Origin: Tubiluchus corallicola
Taxonomy: Eukaryota; Animalia; Priapulida
Direction of reading: 5' to 3'
Length of the DNA stretch: 64,000 nucleotides
NCBI GenBank assembly: GCA_030141605.1
Contig: JAQGDQ010000353.1
Span: 6,828 to 70,827, forward strand
Shown here: positions 1-14,779 of the stretch, piece by piece
Numbering within the stretch: position 1 is the first letter of the stretch
How the letters are laid out: each line of letters begins with the position of its first letter
Made by a program: the position numbers and the translations under genes
The notes under the pieces: generated by a model
The model's database searches: none
What the model was told of the DNA's origin: nothing
Seen by the model: only the letters and a program-made list of their open reading frames with translations

Positions 1-252
1 TTGTACCTCTCCTCATTTAAGAAGAATTTTTCTGCAGCCTATTTCTAATAAAGGTCATGTGGAATTTTACAGTTACATGTAGACGCCAACCAGATTGGCT
101 TATTGTAATAAAGACGACATAAGACTACGTCTACAAGCTCTATTTATAGCATGGTATAATTAAAACAAAAAATTAAAGATTGTATTAATATGTGATACCA
201 GTTTATAAATACAAGTAAAAAACAACATTTAACCTTGTTGTAGAGTTTTGCG

Positions 253-523
253 ATCTCTCCCCCTCTCTCTGTCTCTCTCCCTGTCACTCTTGTCTCTCTC
301 TTTCTCTCTGTGTCTCTGTTTCTCTCTCTCTCTCTCCTTCTTTTCTTTCACTCTCTTTTTCTGTCCTCTCTATCTCTCTGCCTTTCTGTCTTTCTTTCTC
401 TTTCTTTGTCTCTCTCCCTCTCCCTCTCTCTGTTCCTCTTTCCCCTTGTCTCTTTGTTTCTTTCTTTTCTCTGTCTCTCTCCCTCTCCCCCCTCTCTCTC
501 TCACTCTCTCCCACTCTCTCTCT

Positions 524-573
<50 letters not shown>

Positions 574-666
574 TCTTCTCTCTCTCTCTCACACACACTC
601 TCTCTCTTCTCTCTCTCTCTCTCACTCACTCACTCTCTCTTCTCTCTCTCTCTCTCACTCACTCAC

Positions 667-745
<79 letters not shown>

Positions 746-746
746 T

Positions 747-796
<50 letters not shown>

Positions 797-801
797 TCTC
801 T
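253..801. repeat. (CT)n-rich microsatellite
   Basis: Imperfect then pure CT repeats; explains ORFs 248..829, 284..514 and 310..981. Confidence 0.97.
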
Positions 802-1228
802 CCAACTTGTGAATGCACCATACAGGTAAAGCAAATGCTATTTTGTTTCCTAAATGATTACTACCTTCCCAAATTAGACGACGTCAAGTGTTGCGTACGT
901 TCGCCTTCTCTTATTCAATGTAGATTTGTGCAACGTAACTTAACGATGATGTTTCTGAAAGGTTTCCAGTCTTCATTCTAGGCGTGTAAACATCTGTTTT
1001 CTTAATTAACAGCTGGTTTCAACAGCTAAATTGTTGTTACTTTACAGACCATCAATCATTTTCATGGTTCTGGAGTCTGTGAGTCTGTGAATCACACGAG
1101 ATTCATGACAGATTCCCTGCAAGAACCGGTTTCTTACCGTTTCTGCCGGGTTAGATTGTCTGAATAAAAAAGATGGCTTACTCATTGAACTAGGCCTAAC
1201 CCTTTGTTTGCAAGTAGGCGTAGTCAAA

Positions 1229-1545
1229 GGAAAACCGGACCCAATCTTACACCGTAGCTCAAAGCAATCTACTCTATAAAACGTTGAAATGGAACATATT
1301 TTTTCAAAAATGACTTACGTAAAAGAATTATTGCCACACAAACACAATTTCGCGTTCGCGTCACTAGTTCTTGCCTGTTACATGCATTTCGCCATTCGCT
1401 AGTTAGACGGGAACTAGCTCCTGCATGTCAGGGAACGCGTTGCAGAAAAAACAAGTTGTGTACCACTTATCATTTGCGATGTAAGACACACGTTCGAGAG
1501 CATGAGCAACGCGGGAAATTTGAATTTTAAACTTAAAATTTGCCG
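1229..1545. mobile_element. Kolobok/T2-type MITE family A, partial copy
   Basis: Starts AGGAAAACCGGACCCAATCTT; aligns with 59153-59505 and with the reverse complement of ~25510-25864. Confidence 0.8.
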
Positions 1546-2254
1546 ACTGTATATCACACTGAATGTTGTACAGTAGTACTGTACTTCAATTTTCGCTATC
1601 GCAAACGCCTGCAACATGCTCATGGAATGTTTGTGCTGTTTAAAATTATGTTCAATCGTGACGCCATTACTAGTTCGGCTCGCCAGCAGTTAATTAAGTT
1701 TTTAATGTATTATTCAAATATCAGAAACACTTATTACGGCATCGGTGTAGATATTAAAAAGTATACTTTGTACCGTGCTTCAATATGGATTATGAACAAC
1801 CACCCTGTATTCATTTAAGTCAGAAAGTCTTTAGCATTGTTCACCTGCTGTGTAAACGTGATTGTAACTGAACGCCTGCACGCCACCTGTGAAGTACTAA
1901 TTATACTAACCTTAAATATTTTGCTTTTTTGTGGCACGTATTATGTTTATTGAACCGTAGAACAGAACGCAAAAGAGAAAGATATGTATACAATAGACGT
2001 AAAATGTAAGAGACAACACAAAGAAACCACGTGTCCATGGTATAATGGTTCAAGCACAGAAACACATACAACATATTATTATTATAAATTTTTTATTTGT
2101 ACATTGTGCACAAATACTAATTATAATAAAATATGTACAAATGCTGCCCTCTGTTTGCAGGGTAAAATTATTTAACGGTTAATACTATCAAAAAGGGAGT
2201 TAAATATACGTATATAATTTGATATCACAATGACGTTATAAATTGTTTACAAAA

Positions 2255-2580
2255 AGAAAAAGCTTAGCCATTGTTTTAAAACTGTGTAAAACTAAACACA
2301 CATAAGCACGTGACAACGTTTTAAGCGGGTGACAACGACCAACAAACTGTGTGAGTGACAGTACTTTCTCTACATAGCAGCAGACGCTAGTAGTGCAGAG
2401 AACAGCGTGTTATCGCAGACATGTGCGCATAGCCGCATGCGCACAACAGCCAAACACACCACAATACTGGCCTGTGAAGCAAACAATACTACCCTTACAC
2501 AAGTATAAAGAACTAAAAGAAGAAGACTTGAAAATAGGGGGCGCTGCAGTTCCACAGTACCTAAACACGAGCCGCCACAG
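2255..2580. mobile_element. hAT-type non-autonomous element family H, partial copy
   Basis: Aligns with 34190-34780 and 48560-48860; ends ACACGAGCCGCCAC. Confidence 0.8.
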
Positions 2581-2970
2581 ACTAAGTTAGAACAAGAATC
2601 AGGGAGAGTACAAAAACATTCCTCTTTTATATCACCTTACTCGTTGTCCTACAGGTATTTTTTCGGCTTACGATATCCACCGATTCATGGACAATTATAC
2701 GCGACCTGTTCGTTCGATACATTGCAAACTGTCTACCCGTATCTAACAAAGTCCTGCAAATGTTTGTTATAGCGGCTTGCTTAACGTTGCATGTTTTAAC
2801 TCATCATTGGTTGACATAGATATGAATAGCGTCGATTCAGTAAAAATATTACTCAGGTAAATGCTACTATTTGCAGGTGTCGCACGGCGGCAAACACCTG
2901 CTAATTGGTTTGGGCACGTCTACAGGTAAGCAGTTCTTGTTTGTTTTTGTTGTTATTGCTGTGCAGGGTA

Positions 2971-3277
2971 CATCTGAACACGTGTCCCGTGTTTTCAAGG
3001 ATCCTCTAGTGCAGTGTTCCCCAAACTTTTCACATCTGAACACGTGTCCCGTGTTTTCAAGGATCCTCTAGTGCAGTGTTCCCCAAACTTTTCACATCTG
3101 AACACGTGTCCCGTGTTTTCAAGGATCCTCTAGTGCAGTGTTCCCCAAACTTTTCACATCTGAACACGTGTCCCGTGTTTTCAAGGATCCTCTAGTGCAG
3201 TGTTCCCCAAACTTTTCACACCTGAACACGTGTCCCGTGTTTTCAAGGATCCTCTAGTGCAGTGTTCCCCAAACTAT
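2971..3277. repeat. 62-bp minisatellite, about 5 copies
   Basis: Unit starts at 2971, 3033, 3095, 3157, 3219; contains CAGTGTTCCCCAAACTTTT (hAT-terminus-like). Confidence 0.95.
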
Positions 3278-3289
3278 TCTAGTACGTAC

Positions 3290-3728
3290 TGCCCACACTG
3301 TATCTTGACACTAGGCGGAGGAGCTGCACAAGGCAGCGAACGGCTAGAGGGCGGAGGCGGTCAAGTGACCCAACGACCCAACGGCCATGTGTAGAGGAGT
3401 AAACCTTCCAAATCAGGAGTGGAGCCCCGAAGGGGGACCAGTGCTGCATGCTCACTGACTCCAGCAGCTCCTGCAGCCAACCTGGTGCCAAACGTATCGC
3501 TCCGCTTTCCTTCGGACTACACCAGGGAGGAAGAGAGAGGTTCCTGTTGTCTGGGCAACTCAGGATCTCCATACACCTTGCCCAGGCGTGCGCACTGGAG
3601 ACGTTCAAGGATCGGACTGCTCAGCCACAGTCGACGCTGCAGCTCCATCAATGTGATCAATAACTGACTCTCTTGGCGCACACTCCATTGTCTTCCGAGA
3701 CAGAAGGAAGGATGCCAACAAACCGACC
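3290..3728 (+). mobile_element. Short RTE-derived non-autonomous retroposon, copy 1
   Basis: Inverted match to 5925-6368; 3' part encodes SRIGLLSHSRRC, the typical RTE ORF C-terminus, followed by an RTE-like 3' UTR. Confidence 0.8.
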
Positions 3729-3864
3729 CCTTTCAGTAGTACCAAACCTACCATGACCCACTTTTATAAGCCTTCTGAAAACGTACTAATTTTTAATATC
3801 GCAGATACATTATTTTAAAATTTAAAAGATTAATCACAGCAGGGAGAGCAATAACTAAAAAATG

Positions 3865-4290
3865 TTTGTTTATTGTTCATTAATATACATTTATAAAAAG
3901 TATACGTTAAAATAATGAATTGTAAAACAACAAAAACATTAATGTGGGGAGAGACGTAAAGAGACAGTCTTCTCACATACGCCTGTTGTACACAAGCCAT
4001 TTATCAAAAGTCAGAAAATTCAAAATCCATTTTTACAGAGTTTAGCATTACCTGCTGTTACCAAAGGTGCATTATTTACTGAACTGGGTAGGAATTCAAC
4101 ACTTGAACAACACGGTTGGAAACGAAAAATCCCCCAATTTTTTTTATTCGTTCTACAAACATACAGCTTGAGACAATGGTTACTTTTTGTCCAATCAGTG
4201 AGTGCTCTTGTAAAATTTTTTGGGGATCTAAGTCAACATCCCTCTGAATTAGTTTGCGACCAAATTTGGAGTTGTGACCAAATCGTCTTT
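3865..4290 (-). mobile_element. Degenerate CR1-like LINE 3' fragment
   Basis: Minus-strand peptide EHSL...FFVSNRVVQVLNSYP resembles the CR1 ORF2 C-terminal GHSLK...FFSNRVVxxWNSLP. Confidence 0.62.
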
Positions 4291-4857
4291 CCTCTAACGA
4301 TCTTAAAAAGAAGATGGTGGTGGGGTGGGTTAGGGGTGTTAAGTCTTTCTGGTTAGGTTTCATGTAAACGTTCTGAATTATATCTGTGCTATCTAAAGTA
4401 TACCATGTAAAGAATGTAACGTATTTTTACAAGGGAATTATCCCATTAATGAATGTATAGTTCCCGAATTAACGAATTAGTGTTAAATTAATTAGTTAAC
4501 TCTAAATTATCTGAGACAGAGTCGCAAAATTCAATTCAATTCAACTTTATTTTCTCAATAGCAGTTAAAACTCCTATTTTTACATTTCATCGCAAGTGAG
4601 AAGGAGCAGCGAAATACCTATTGGTCACTTGATCAGCTGCCCCTTACTAAAAATACAAGTTTACTTACAGGCTCATGACATTTCTTAGGTGTCTTTTATA
4701 CAAAAAAACATTGTAGTATTAAAATTAGACTTTGTATTAAATTATGTACTAAGTAGCAGAAATGGTATTGTGTATATTTAATCAAGTCAAATTTTTAAAG
4801 GTGGAGAAATAGTAAGCGAGAATTTCTTGAGAATTGAATACAAGGTTACATTTTGAA

Positions 4858-5272
<415 letters not shown>

Positions 5273-5924
5273 CAGTTACACTATATGCATAAATTTATGG
5301 TAAAACAGAAACAGTAATGTCAATATGCAATACAAAAAAAATCAATAATTATCTCATATCAAATCAAAAAGAGTAATCCTAGGTCTGGATGTTAAACCTA
5401 CGAGTTTTGGTATGTTAGGAAACGGTCTCTGAGCCAACTGGAATGCCAAGCTTCAGTTCTCCAGCCCAGTCTTACGACTGATACTGTTTTCGTTATGTGG
5501 TCTTCTCCTTTATTCAAAATCCGGGAACTAAACCATCTGGATTTACTGGGTCACTCGAGAGGGAAGGAAGAGTGAGAATCTTCCCGAATCTTGAGCAAGG
5601 AAGATATGAAAACGCCTGCAGCTCTGCACGCAAATGCTATCCCAGACGCGTGCTACATGGAACACAAATAAACTTTCAGCGCCCGTGTTAAATAAATTCT
5701 TTTTTAACCTGGAAGTTTTTCAACCGATAAAAACCTATAAAGTGTATAATTCTTGGCCAATGTAATGTGTTTTTATGACTGACAGAGACACGTAGTGGTA
5801 AATATAGACATTACATATTTCCTGTGACTGAGTGGTCTAGACCCCGAGTAGTCTAGATCCTGAGTGGTCTAGACCCCACATGCTATTCGTTATTTGTGTG
5901 TTGCGTCTTTACCTGTATCGCCAT

Positions 5925-6368
5925 TGGTTGTTTTTGGTTGGCATCCTTCTGTCTCGGAAGACAATGGAGTGTGCACCAAGAGAGTCAGTTATTGATCACA
6001 TTGATGGAGCTGGAGCGTCGACTGTGGCTGAGCAGTGCGATCCTTGAACCACTGGAATGGCCTCTCCAGGGCGCACGCCTGGGCAAGGTGTATGGAGATC
6101 CTGAGTTGCCCAGACAACAGGAACCCACTCTCTTCCTCCATGGTGCAGTCCAAAGGAAAGCGGAGAGATACGTTTGGCACCAGGTTGGCTGCAGGAGCTG
6201 CCGGAGTCAGTGAGCATGCTGCACTGGTCCGCCTTCGGGGCTCCACTCCTGATTTGGAAGGTTTACTCCTCTATACATGGCCGTTGGGTCGCTTGACCTC
6301 CTCCGTCCTCTAGCCGTTGGCTGCTTGTACAGCTCCTCCGCCTAGTGTCGAGATACAGTGTGGGCATC
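5925..6368 (-). mobile_element. Short RTE-derived non-autonomous retroposon, copy 2, full length with TSD
   Basis: Flanked by 13-bp direct repeat CCTGTATCGC(C/T)AT at 5912-5924 and 6369-6381; reverse complement of 3290-3728. Confidence 0.85.
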
Positions 6369-6833
6369 CCTGTATCGCTATAGTTCGTGAAATAGCTCCT
6401 AAACGATTATCAAGAGAGGTTACTGCTCTCACAAGGTCACATTGAAGCCCACACAATGCACGTCTGACAATGCATGTATTCACATAATATTCCGTTGTCT
6501 AGAGGCTGCGTCGCAAACTGTATGATTCGGAATAACTTAGCTTGAGCAACAGATGGAGTTCAGTTCACGTCTTGTTGTGGTGCAGCACACATAACAGATT
6601 GTTCAATTAACAGATTTTTGTGGTTTTAGGGAACAATGGAGAGAGAGAAATTTGTAACGTGCATTTTAGAATTTTTGGTAAGCGGCAGGTTTCAATAATA
6701 AAAAGGAATAAGGCGCAATTTCGGATTTATGTTAATAGAAATATTTGATTAGTGCATTTGTAAACGCCACTAGCAATAATTGCTGTTTTTCTCATTCACA
6801 CTAAAAAGTGAAGAGCAACATTTTCTTGTGACT

Positions 6834-7561
6834 GGTAATAAAGTTACAGGAAAAAATTACAGTTAATTTCGGCTGGGCTTAGAATAAGGGTTAGGGGTCA
6901 TTGTTAGTGTTAGGGTTAGGGGTCATTGTTAGGGTTAATGTTAGTGTTCGGTTAATGTTAGGAATAGGGTTAGGGGCCATTGTTAATCTTAGGGTTAGGG
7001 TTAGGGTTAGGTTTCGTTGTTAATCTTAGGGTTAATGTTAGGATTAAGGTCAGGTTTACTTTTAGGGTTAGGCTTAGGATTAGGATGAGGGGTCGCTGTT
7101 AGTGTTAGAGTTAAGGTTAGGGTTAAAGTTGGGATTAAAGTTAGGGTTGTTGTTAATCTTATTGTTAGGCTTAGGATTGGGGTGAGGGGTCGTTGTTAGT
7201 GTTAGGGTTAGGATTAGGATTAGGGTTAGGGGTCATTGTTAGTGTTAGGTTTAATGTTAGTGTTAGGGTTAACGTTAGGAATAGAGTTAGGGGGTCATTG
7301 TTAATCTTAGGGTTAGGGTTAGGTTTCATTGTTAATCTCAGGGTTAATGTTAGGATTAGGGTTAGGTTTCGTTGTTAGTGTTAGGGTTAAGGTTAGGATA
7401 AGAGTTAGGTTTTATTGTTAATCTTAGGGTTAGGGTTAGGATAAGAGTTAGGTTTTATTGTTAATCTTAGGGTTAGGGTTAGGATTAGGGTAAAGGGTCG
7501 TTGTTAGTGTTAGGGTTAAGGTTAGGATTTGGGTTGATTTTTTTCCTGTGATTTTGTTACC
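6834..7561. mobile_element. MITE-like element with degenerate (TTAGGG)n core
   Basis: Imperfect ~23-bp inverted ends GGTAATAAAGTTACAGGAAAAAA / TTTTTTCCTGTGATTTTGTTACC enclosing ~650 bp of degenerate TTAGGG. Confidence 0.7.
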
Positions 7562-8233
7562 TGATTTCCTCGTTCACTTCCCTAATTAAATCAGTAAAAG
7601 GCAAATTTTGCTTGACAGTTTATTTGCCTGAATAAATCCTTGTTTGTCACCAACCTCCAATCGAATTTGACAACGCAAAATCGTATTGATTTAAATAATT
7701 ATTACGACGGAGGAAGAATTCATAATTTTACTGAAATGACGAGCAATAGCTTTCGCGGGCTTTCTGCACACTAATTTAAGCAATTCTGTCGTAAAATGAT
7801 GTATTGTCTTGCACTGAAATGTTTCAATACTCCCGCGTGCTCGTCAACATTGTCAAAGTGTTAAAGTCAATAAGTTTAATGCTGTTCAACATTGTTTCTT
7901 TTAAATCTCATCCAGTATCACGACGGACGTTCAGTTTGCATTTGACCATTATTTGTTATATAAATCAAGCGGCATTAGAAAATGGCGTATAAAGAAAATG
8001 GTCAGGTTGTGTGACGGATAAAGAGACGAACTCGGTAACTTGAGTTCTTATAAATAGCTTTGTCAGTCAGGCAAATCAATTCAATTCAATTCAATTCAAT
8101 AGTTTTTTATTTGGCTGATTTGCAACACAAAACATTTACATAATGAAAATAACAATACAATACCAAAATAGGCAGCAGGCTGTAAAGGCAACATATTCGT
8201 TTGTGTCAAGTGAGGATGCGAACCTAACTGCGA

Positions 8234-8670
8234 GCGTGTGCGTACATGCGTGCGTGTGTATGTGTTGCGTGCGTGCGTGTGTGTGTGTGTGAGTATGCCA
8301 GTGTGTGGAGGTGAGTGCGTGTGTACGTATGTGTGTATACGTATTTGTATGCGCGAGTGGTGCGCCCGCCCGCGTGCGTGCGTGCGTGTGTCTGTGTGTG
8401 TGTGTGTGCGCGTGTGTGTGTGTGTGTGTGTGTGTGAGTATGCCAGTGTGTGGAGGTGAGTGAATGTATACGTATTTGTATGCGCGAGTGGTGCACGCGT
8501 GTGCGTGTGCCAGTGTGTGGAGGTGAGTGCGTGTGTACGTATGTGTGTGGGCGTGCGCGGCTATTTGTACTCGCGATTGGTGCGCGCGTGCGCGCGTGTA
8601 TGAGTATGCAAGTGCGTAGAGGTGAGTGCGTATGTGAATGCGCTAGCGGATGCGTGAGAAAGCGAGTGAG
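8234..8670. repeat. Degenerate (GT)/(GCGT) repeat with internal duplications
   Basis: Direct observation. Confidence 0.9.
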
Positions 8671-9125
8671 TTAATAAGGGCATAATTGAACAAGTTTGTG
8701 AGTGAGGTGTTGTCCACACATATCACACGTGTATTGGTGCCAATTTTTGTTGACATTCGTGCACTTCACCTGTTTTAACACAAACCGTAATACCTTTACG
8801 CATCTCACGCATCCAGAGTGCGTGTGCGAGGGCGCAAGTAAAATTCACCAACATTGTGACAGCTCAAGTAAAGAAGTAAGATAGCGTAAATAAATTAGTC
8901 ACTTACTAGCTGGGATACTTGTGGTATACGTCCACATGGAAATTTAGCAAATTTTGCATTTCTGGATGTGTTGATTACGCAATGTTTACAGGATCTATGC
9001 AATGCTCCATTGGGAATAACTGGTCCTGTAAGACTTCAGTAACGATTTTACAGTTTAGAAGTTTTAATATTTTTTATAGGTAGGATTTTAGAGATTTTAC
9101 AGTTTTGACTTTTAGATACCAAATA

Positions 9126-9600
9126 CAGGGTGTCTCATAAGTCACTTTACACTTTGACTTCTAATTTTCTTTTTAAATTTTTCTCCATGCTCTTGCAAGC
9201 TTTCTGAATCAAAACGAACCTTCAACAATTCTTTTCATTTATTTTTTGAGTGGAACTCGGTTGCTATGACGACGACAGTAACGTTAAAAACGAGGTGCTG
9301 AATTAGCTTGCCATGAGGTCCTTCAATAGTCAACTGAAGTTCAGCTTAAAATCAAAGAACCATATGAACCACACTTTTCTCTCATTAACAATGTAGTTTT
9401 TCCAATGTAGGTCCTTCAATGGTCAATTGAAGTTCAGCTTAAATCAAAGAACCATATGAACCACACTTTTCTCTCATTAACAATGTAGTTTTTCCAATGT
9501 AGGTCCTTCAATGGTCAATTGAAGTTCAGCTTAAATCAAAGAACCATATGAACCACACTTTTCTCTCATTAACAATGAATGTAGTTTTTTCAACAAGATG
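9126..9600. mobile_element. Tc1/mariner-type MITE end with internal ~92-bp triplication
   Basis: TA-CAGGGTGTCTCA terminus; reverse-complement similarity to 47130-47405; tandem units at 9316, 9409, 9501. Confidence 0.75.
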
Positions 9601-9866
9601 TAACCTTTCCTCATCACTCAAAGTCTGTGAGAAAATTTTTCAATGCAATGTGCCCGACCTGCCATTGCATTTGGTCTCTAAAGCTCTTGAGGTCCTTACA
9701 GAATTACAGAAGGTAGAGAAAACAGCACGTGCCAGGCAGTAGTTCTTTTCAGATTTTGCTCCAATTTCACTAAAAGAATTGACCAGGGTTTTAATTCATC
9801 TGTGGCAATTTTCGAACATTTTGCCTCGTTTGTTAAAAAAACTTCTTAAAAAATATAAAGAAGCTG

Positions 9867-10361
9867 ATGAGAAATGCTTTTCGCCACGAACCTTTGATGA
9901 AAACTGTCGCCATAGCAAGGAATGCAGGCAGCAAACTTCTTAGATGCCTTGACCAGCTTCAGGCAAATTTCCAGCCAGACTATCTACCTCTGCAGAGAGT
10001 TTTGTTGGAACAAAGCATAAAGAATCGTGTTGATTTTATACTTCGTGTAACCTTCTTGGAATTGAACCCCAGTCTCGAAACTCCTCGTTTTGAATCTAAA
10101 ATATTTGAGCACCATCGGAAAATGCGTCTTCAATCACATAGTCTGCGGATAGAAACGGGTAGATGGGCGAGACAGCCAAGGGAAAATGGGTTATGTCCTT
10201 GTGGGGACATTCAAACTGAGAAACACATTATACAGACATGCCCCCTAACATCTAATAGTAGAAACCGCTACGACAAGGTAAACTTTGCTGATTTAACTCA
10301 CTTCTTTGAGCACCTTAATTGTTGCATAATATGCCATGAAATTTTGCAACTTTCATGCTGA
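9867..10361 (+). mobile_element. LINE (CR1/L2/Crack-group) ORF2 C-terminal fragment
   Basis: Peptide RLQSHSLRIETGRW...LCPCGDIQTEKHIIQTCP matches the SHxLxIETGR + CCHC knuckle at the end of non-LTR ORF2; no RT core present. Confidence 0.85.
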
Positions 10362-10625
10362 TGTACTAACTAGTATGAAGTGAATGACGTGTAGTTAAGT
10401 GGATAAATGGTGTGACATCAGTTCTGCTTATAGCTTTACCATTGTTGTGTTCTTTAACAGATTTTAACTAATACCTTGTATGCGTAACACTGTTTTTAAT
10501 GTTGTAACCTTGAGTAGAAAATGTGCGTGAAGTGACAATCTGGACTAAAATCACTAATGCATCAACAGTGGCATTTACCTCGTTCTTCACGTATACATGT
10601 AATTTGATTTAGTCAATAAACTATA

Positions 10626-10645
10626 TACATACCTACATACGTACG

Positions 10646-10692
<47 letters not shown>

Positions 10693-10795
10693 ATACATAC
10701 ATACATACATACATACATACATACATACATACATACATACATACATACATACATACATACATACATACATACATACATACATACATACATACATA
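10626..10795. repeat. (GCGT)n + (CATA)n microsatellite
   Basis: Direct observation. Confidence 0.97.
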
Positions 10796-11399
10796 AAGTG
10801 TTTAGTGACTTATGAGCCACCCCGTATAAACGTAAATCTACATTTTTCGGATTCGTCCTGCCACCATCGATTTTGTTGACTCTTGTTTGTCATTCGTGCA
10901 TCAGTAGAAGACTTTGCCTGGTAAAAAGTCGATGAGGAATTGACGAGCGTCTTTCAGACCTGCTTCTTTATGTTCACCTGTTAATTACTGTCATCACCTC
11001 CCAGGTGTCTGTTTACAAGCAAACAACTCAACCGGAATAGAGGTAACTTGAAGCCATCTTAGTTCAACCCTTTTGTCCTGATGGAAGTAACACGCTTAAT
11101 GAAGACCGGTTCTTGTCAGAAGAAGACCTGCTGAGAAAGATATCGACTTCGCCTTCCCATGGTAGCCATAGACTCGTGATCTATGAAGACATTTAATGCG
11201 TCTGAGTTAGGGCAAAGAATTCCCAGTCATATCATTTTAAGACGTTTATAGCTAAGGTGATTACTGTGAATAGGGCTAGTAAATTTGGGGTGAAACGGGG
11301 GTTATGTTAAGCCAGATGCTGCTTGTGGTACTCGAGGTTAATCAGCATTGCAAATGTAAGCAATGTTAACTAGTCATTGTGGTAAGAGTTCAAATGTAC

Positions 11400-11790
11400 T
11401 GTGAGTATGTGAGTGAGTGAGGGAGTGAATGAGTGAGTGAATGAATGAGTGAGTGAGTGAGGGAGGGAGGGAGGAGGGAGGGAGGGAGGTAGTGAGTTAG
11501 TGAGTGAGTGAGGGAGTGAGTGAGTGAGTGAATGAACGAGTGAGTGAGTGAGTGAGTATGTGAGTGAGTGAGAGAGTGAGTGCGTGAGTGAATGAACGAG
11601 TGAGTGAGTGAGTGAGTGAGTGAGTGAGTGAGGGAGGGAGGAGAGAGGGAGGGAGGGAGGGAGGTAGTGAGTGAGTGAGTGAATAAGTGAGTGATAGTGA
11701 GTGATAGTGAGTGAGTGAGTGAGCGAGTGAGTGAGTGAATGAGTGAGTGAGCAAGTAAGTAAGAAAATAAGCATGCAAGCAAGCAAGCAA
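11400..11790. repeat. (GAGT)n/(GAGG)n microsatellite
   Basis: Direct observation. Confidence 0.95.
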
Positions 11791-12385
11791 GTTGAATTAA
11801 TTCGACGAATTATAGCCAAGCCAACAGTCAATTTGTATTATCCGCTTCAGTGTGAACGTGCTGATATCAACCTGATGTCACTATTTGATAATCTATGCTA
11901 TTTGGTTTACTTGCATTTTCAAGCGTCAACCAAAATTTTACAAAAATGATAAATCGAGTGCTAACAGATGCTGATAGCTGATTAAACGATTTCTAAATTC
12001 TTGGTATGAAAAACAAATTCCGCATGGCGGGTTAATGGTCGGTATCAAGAATTTCAAAAACTTCTGCGTTTGCTTTGCATCTGGTATCAGTTACGTAATT
12101 AACATTATACTTTCTATCAAATCAAAGGGTTAGACCTTTTATGTGTGGTACTGTTGTGAAATAACTACATACTTCTCATATTTCTTTATAGAGTTAATAA
12201 TTTCAATTGGACGATGACCGGAGAGATATCTTGGACATCTGTGTTAGCCACTCTTTTCGTCTTCTCTTTTATAGAAAGCATTCAAGTAAGTAATCTATTG
12301 AAATACTGAAATACTGCATGAAATACGTAGTGAAATACAACATTCCTTTGTCAGTTTTTAAAGGAAAATCGAATGATTGTGTAAA

Positions 12386-13358
<973 letters not shown>

Positions 13359-13831
13359 AGTAAGCCTGATGCGGCTAACAGCCCTTTGATACTACATAAT
13401 GTTTCTACGATTTAGCATCCATTCCAGTGAAAAGTTGGAGGTCAAACAAGGCAATAACTGGGACCATTTCATATTAACAAAGTCATCATGACACAACAAG
13501 TTCTGTATCGCCTGACTGTTTCTTGGAGATAAGGGAAATCTTTGTTTGCAGTCCTGGCTTGATAAAACCAATTTCCATTGCAGCTGTAATATACACGATT
13601 AGTAAAAGACGTGTAAGCACCAATGGAAAGTGTATGGTTTATATCGTGTAATCCATCGCAGCTTTAGCCTTGTTTGTCACTCACGTTTTGACATCAAACA
13701 CGTTGCGACTTAGTTTTTAGGTCCCCTGGAAGTTACAGTCCGTTTCAATGCAGAAAATGCATTTTGTTTCCGCGCTGGTCGATTTCATCGGGGAAACTAT
13801 GCCCCTCTACTGAGGGCTCCCTAGTTTTTAA

Positions 13832-14290
13832 CCCTTTCATACCCGTTGTATCCCGTGGGATACAAGAATATTTTCTGCCTTTAAAATTAATGAAATTTTA
13901 AAACTGACAGTTATTTGATCTGTTAATAGTTATTTTGATTTAAGCCAATAACAATAGGCTAAAAATGGTGATAAAATGGCAAACTAGAAAATCTGCATAG
14001 TATAAGAAACTGCGCTAGATACAGTACTTTAGAGACGACTTTGTACAGATTAGCATAGCATGCATACTAAATGTCTTAAATACTTTAAAAATTATCAGCA
14101 GTTGCAAAATGAAGCACATTTTAAGCTTCCATTGAATCCCAATGTATCCCGTGGGATACAGGCTATATTTAGCACGCGGGCACAGGTAGAAAAAAATAAT
14201 TATTATGTGCAAACAAGATGGACATACTGAACAAAAGTACCAAGCCAAAATTTTTTTTCATATTAAAAAAATAATTTGGGACTCAAAGAG
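13832..14290. mobile_element. piggyBac-type non-autonomous element
   Basis: TTAA|CCCTTT ... AAAGAG|TTAA ends; subterminal quasi-palindrome GTATCCCGTGGGATAC present twice. Confidence 0.6.
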
Positions 14291-14779
14291 TTAACATTCG
14301 TGGCTTCTTTTATAGCCTACATTGTGCGTTAGTGCATTACTGGTGTTGAAATGCGAGGTAGTACTATTCAAGGTGTGATGGACTACTACATTATATGCAC
14401 AGTGCTGTGTAATATGTTTCAGGCTTTTGATGTTTCATTGTTCAAGAACCCAGAATACAACGCGTAATTTAAGTTTAACTTCATTTTTCAATAGCGTAAA
14501 TTCCGTACAAGTATGTGCTTTAATGCCGTACAGAAGAAAATACATAAAGGTGATACTCTTTTCGTACTAAAATAACGATTTAAAACGGCTAAGTAATACA
14601 AAATTTCACGCAAGAAAAATTTGGTAAAATTAAAGTACAAATATGGAAGAAACTTACTCTGTTATAGAATAGTTAATCAAGTCTTTAGGAAGTTCATTAT
14701 ATACTAGATTTTGAAGTGTGAGAATCACATTAAAACTCTAGATATTTCAGTCACAGCAATAGTAATAAAATTCAGTTAC

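Noticed and set aside
6880-7535. True telomere or fusion site
   Set aside because: Highly degenerate, single orientation, internal, and bounded by inverted repeats
11040-11160. Penelope-associated hammerhead ribozyme
   Set aside because: No intact CTGANGA...GAAA core with pairing stems could be identified
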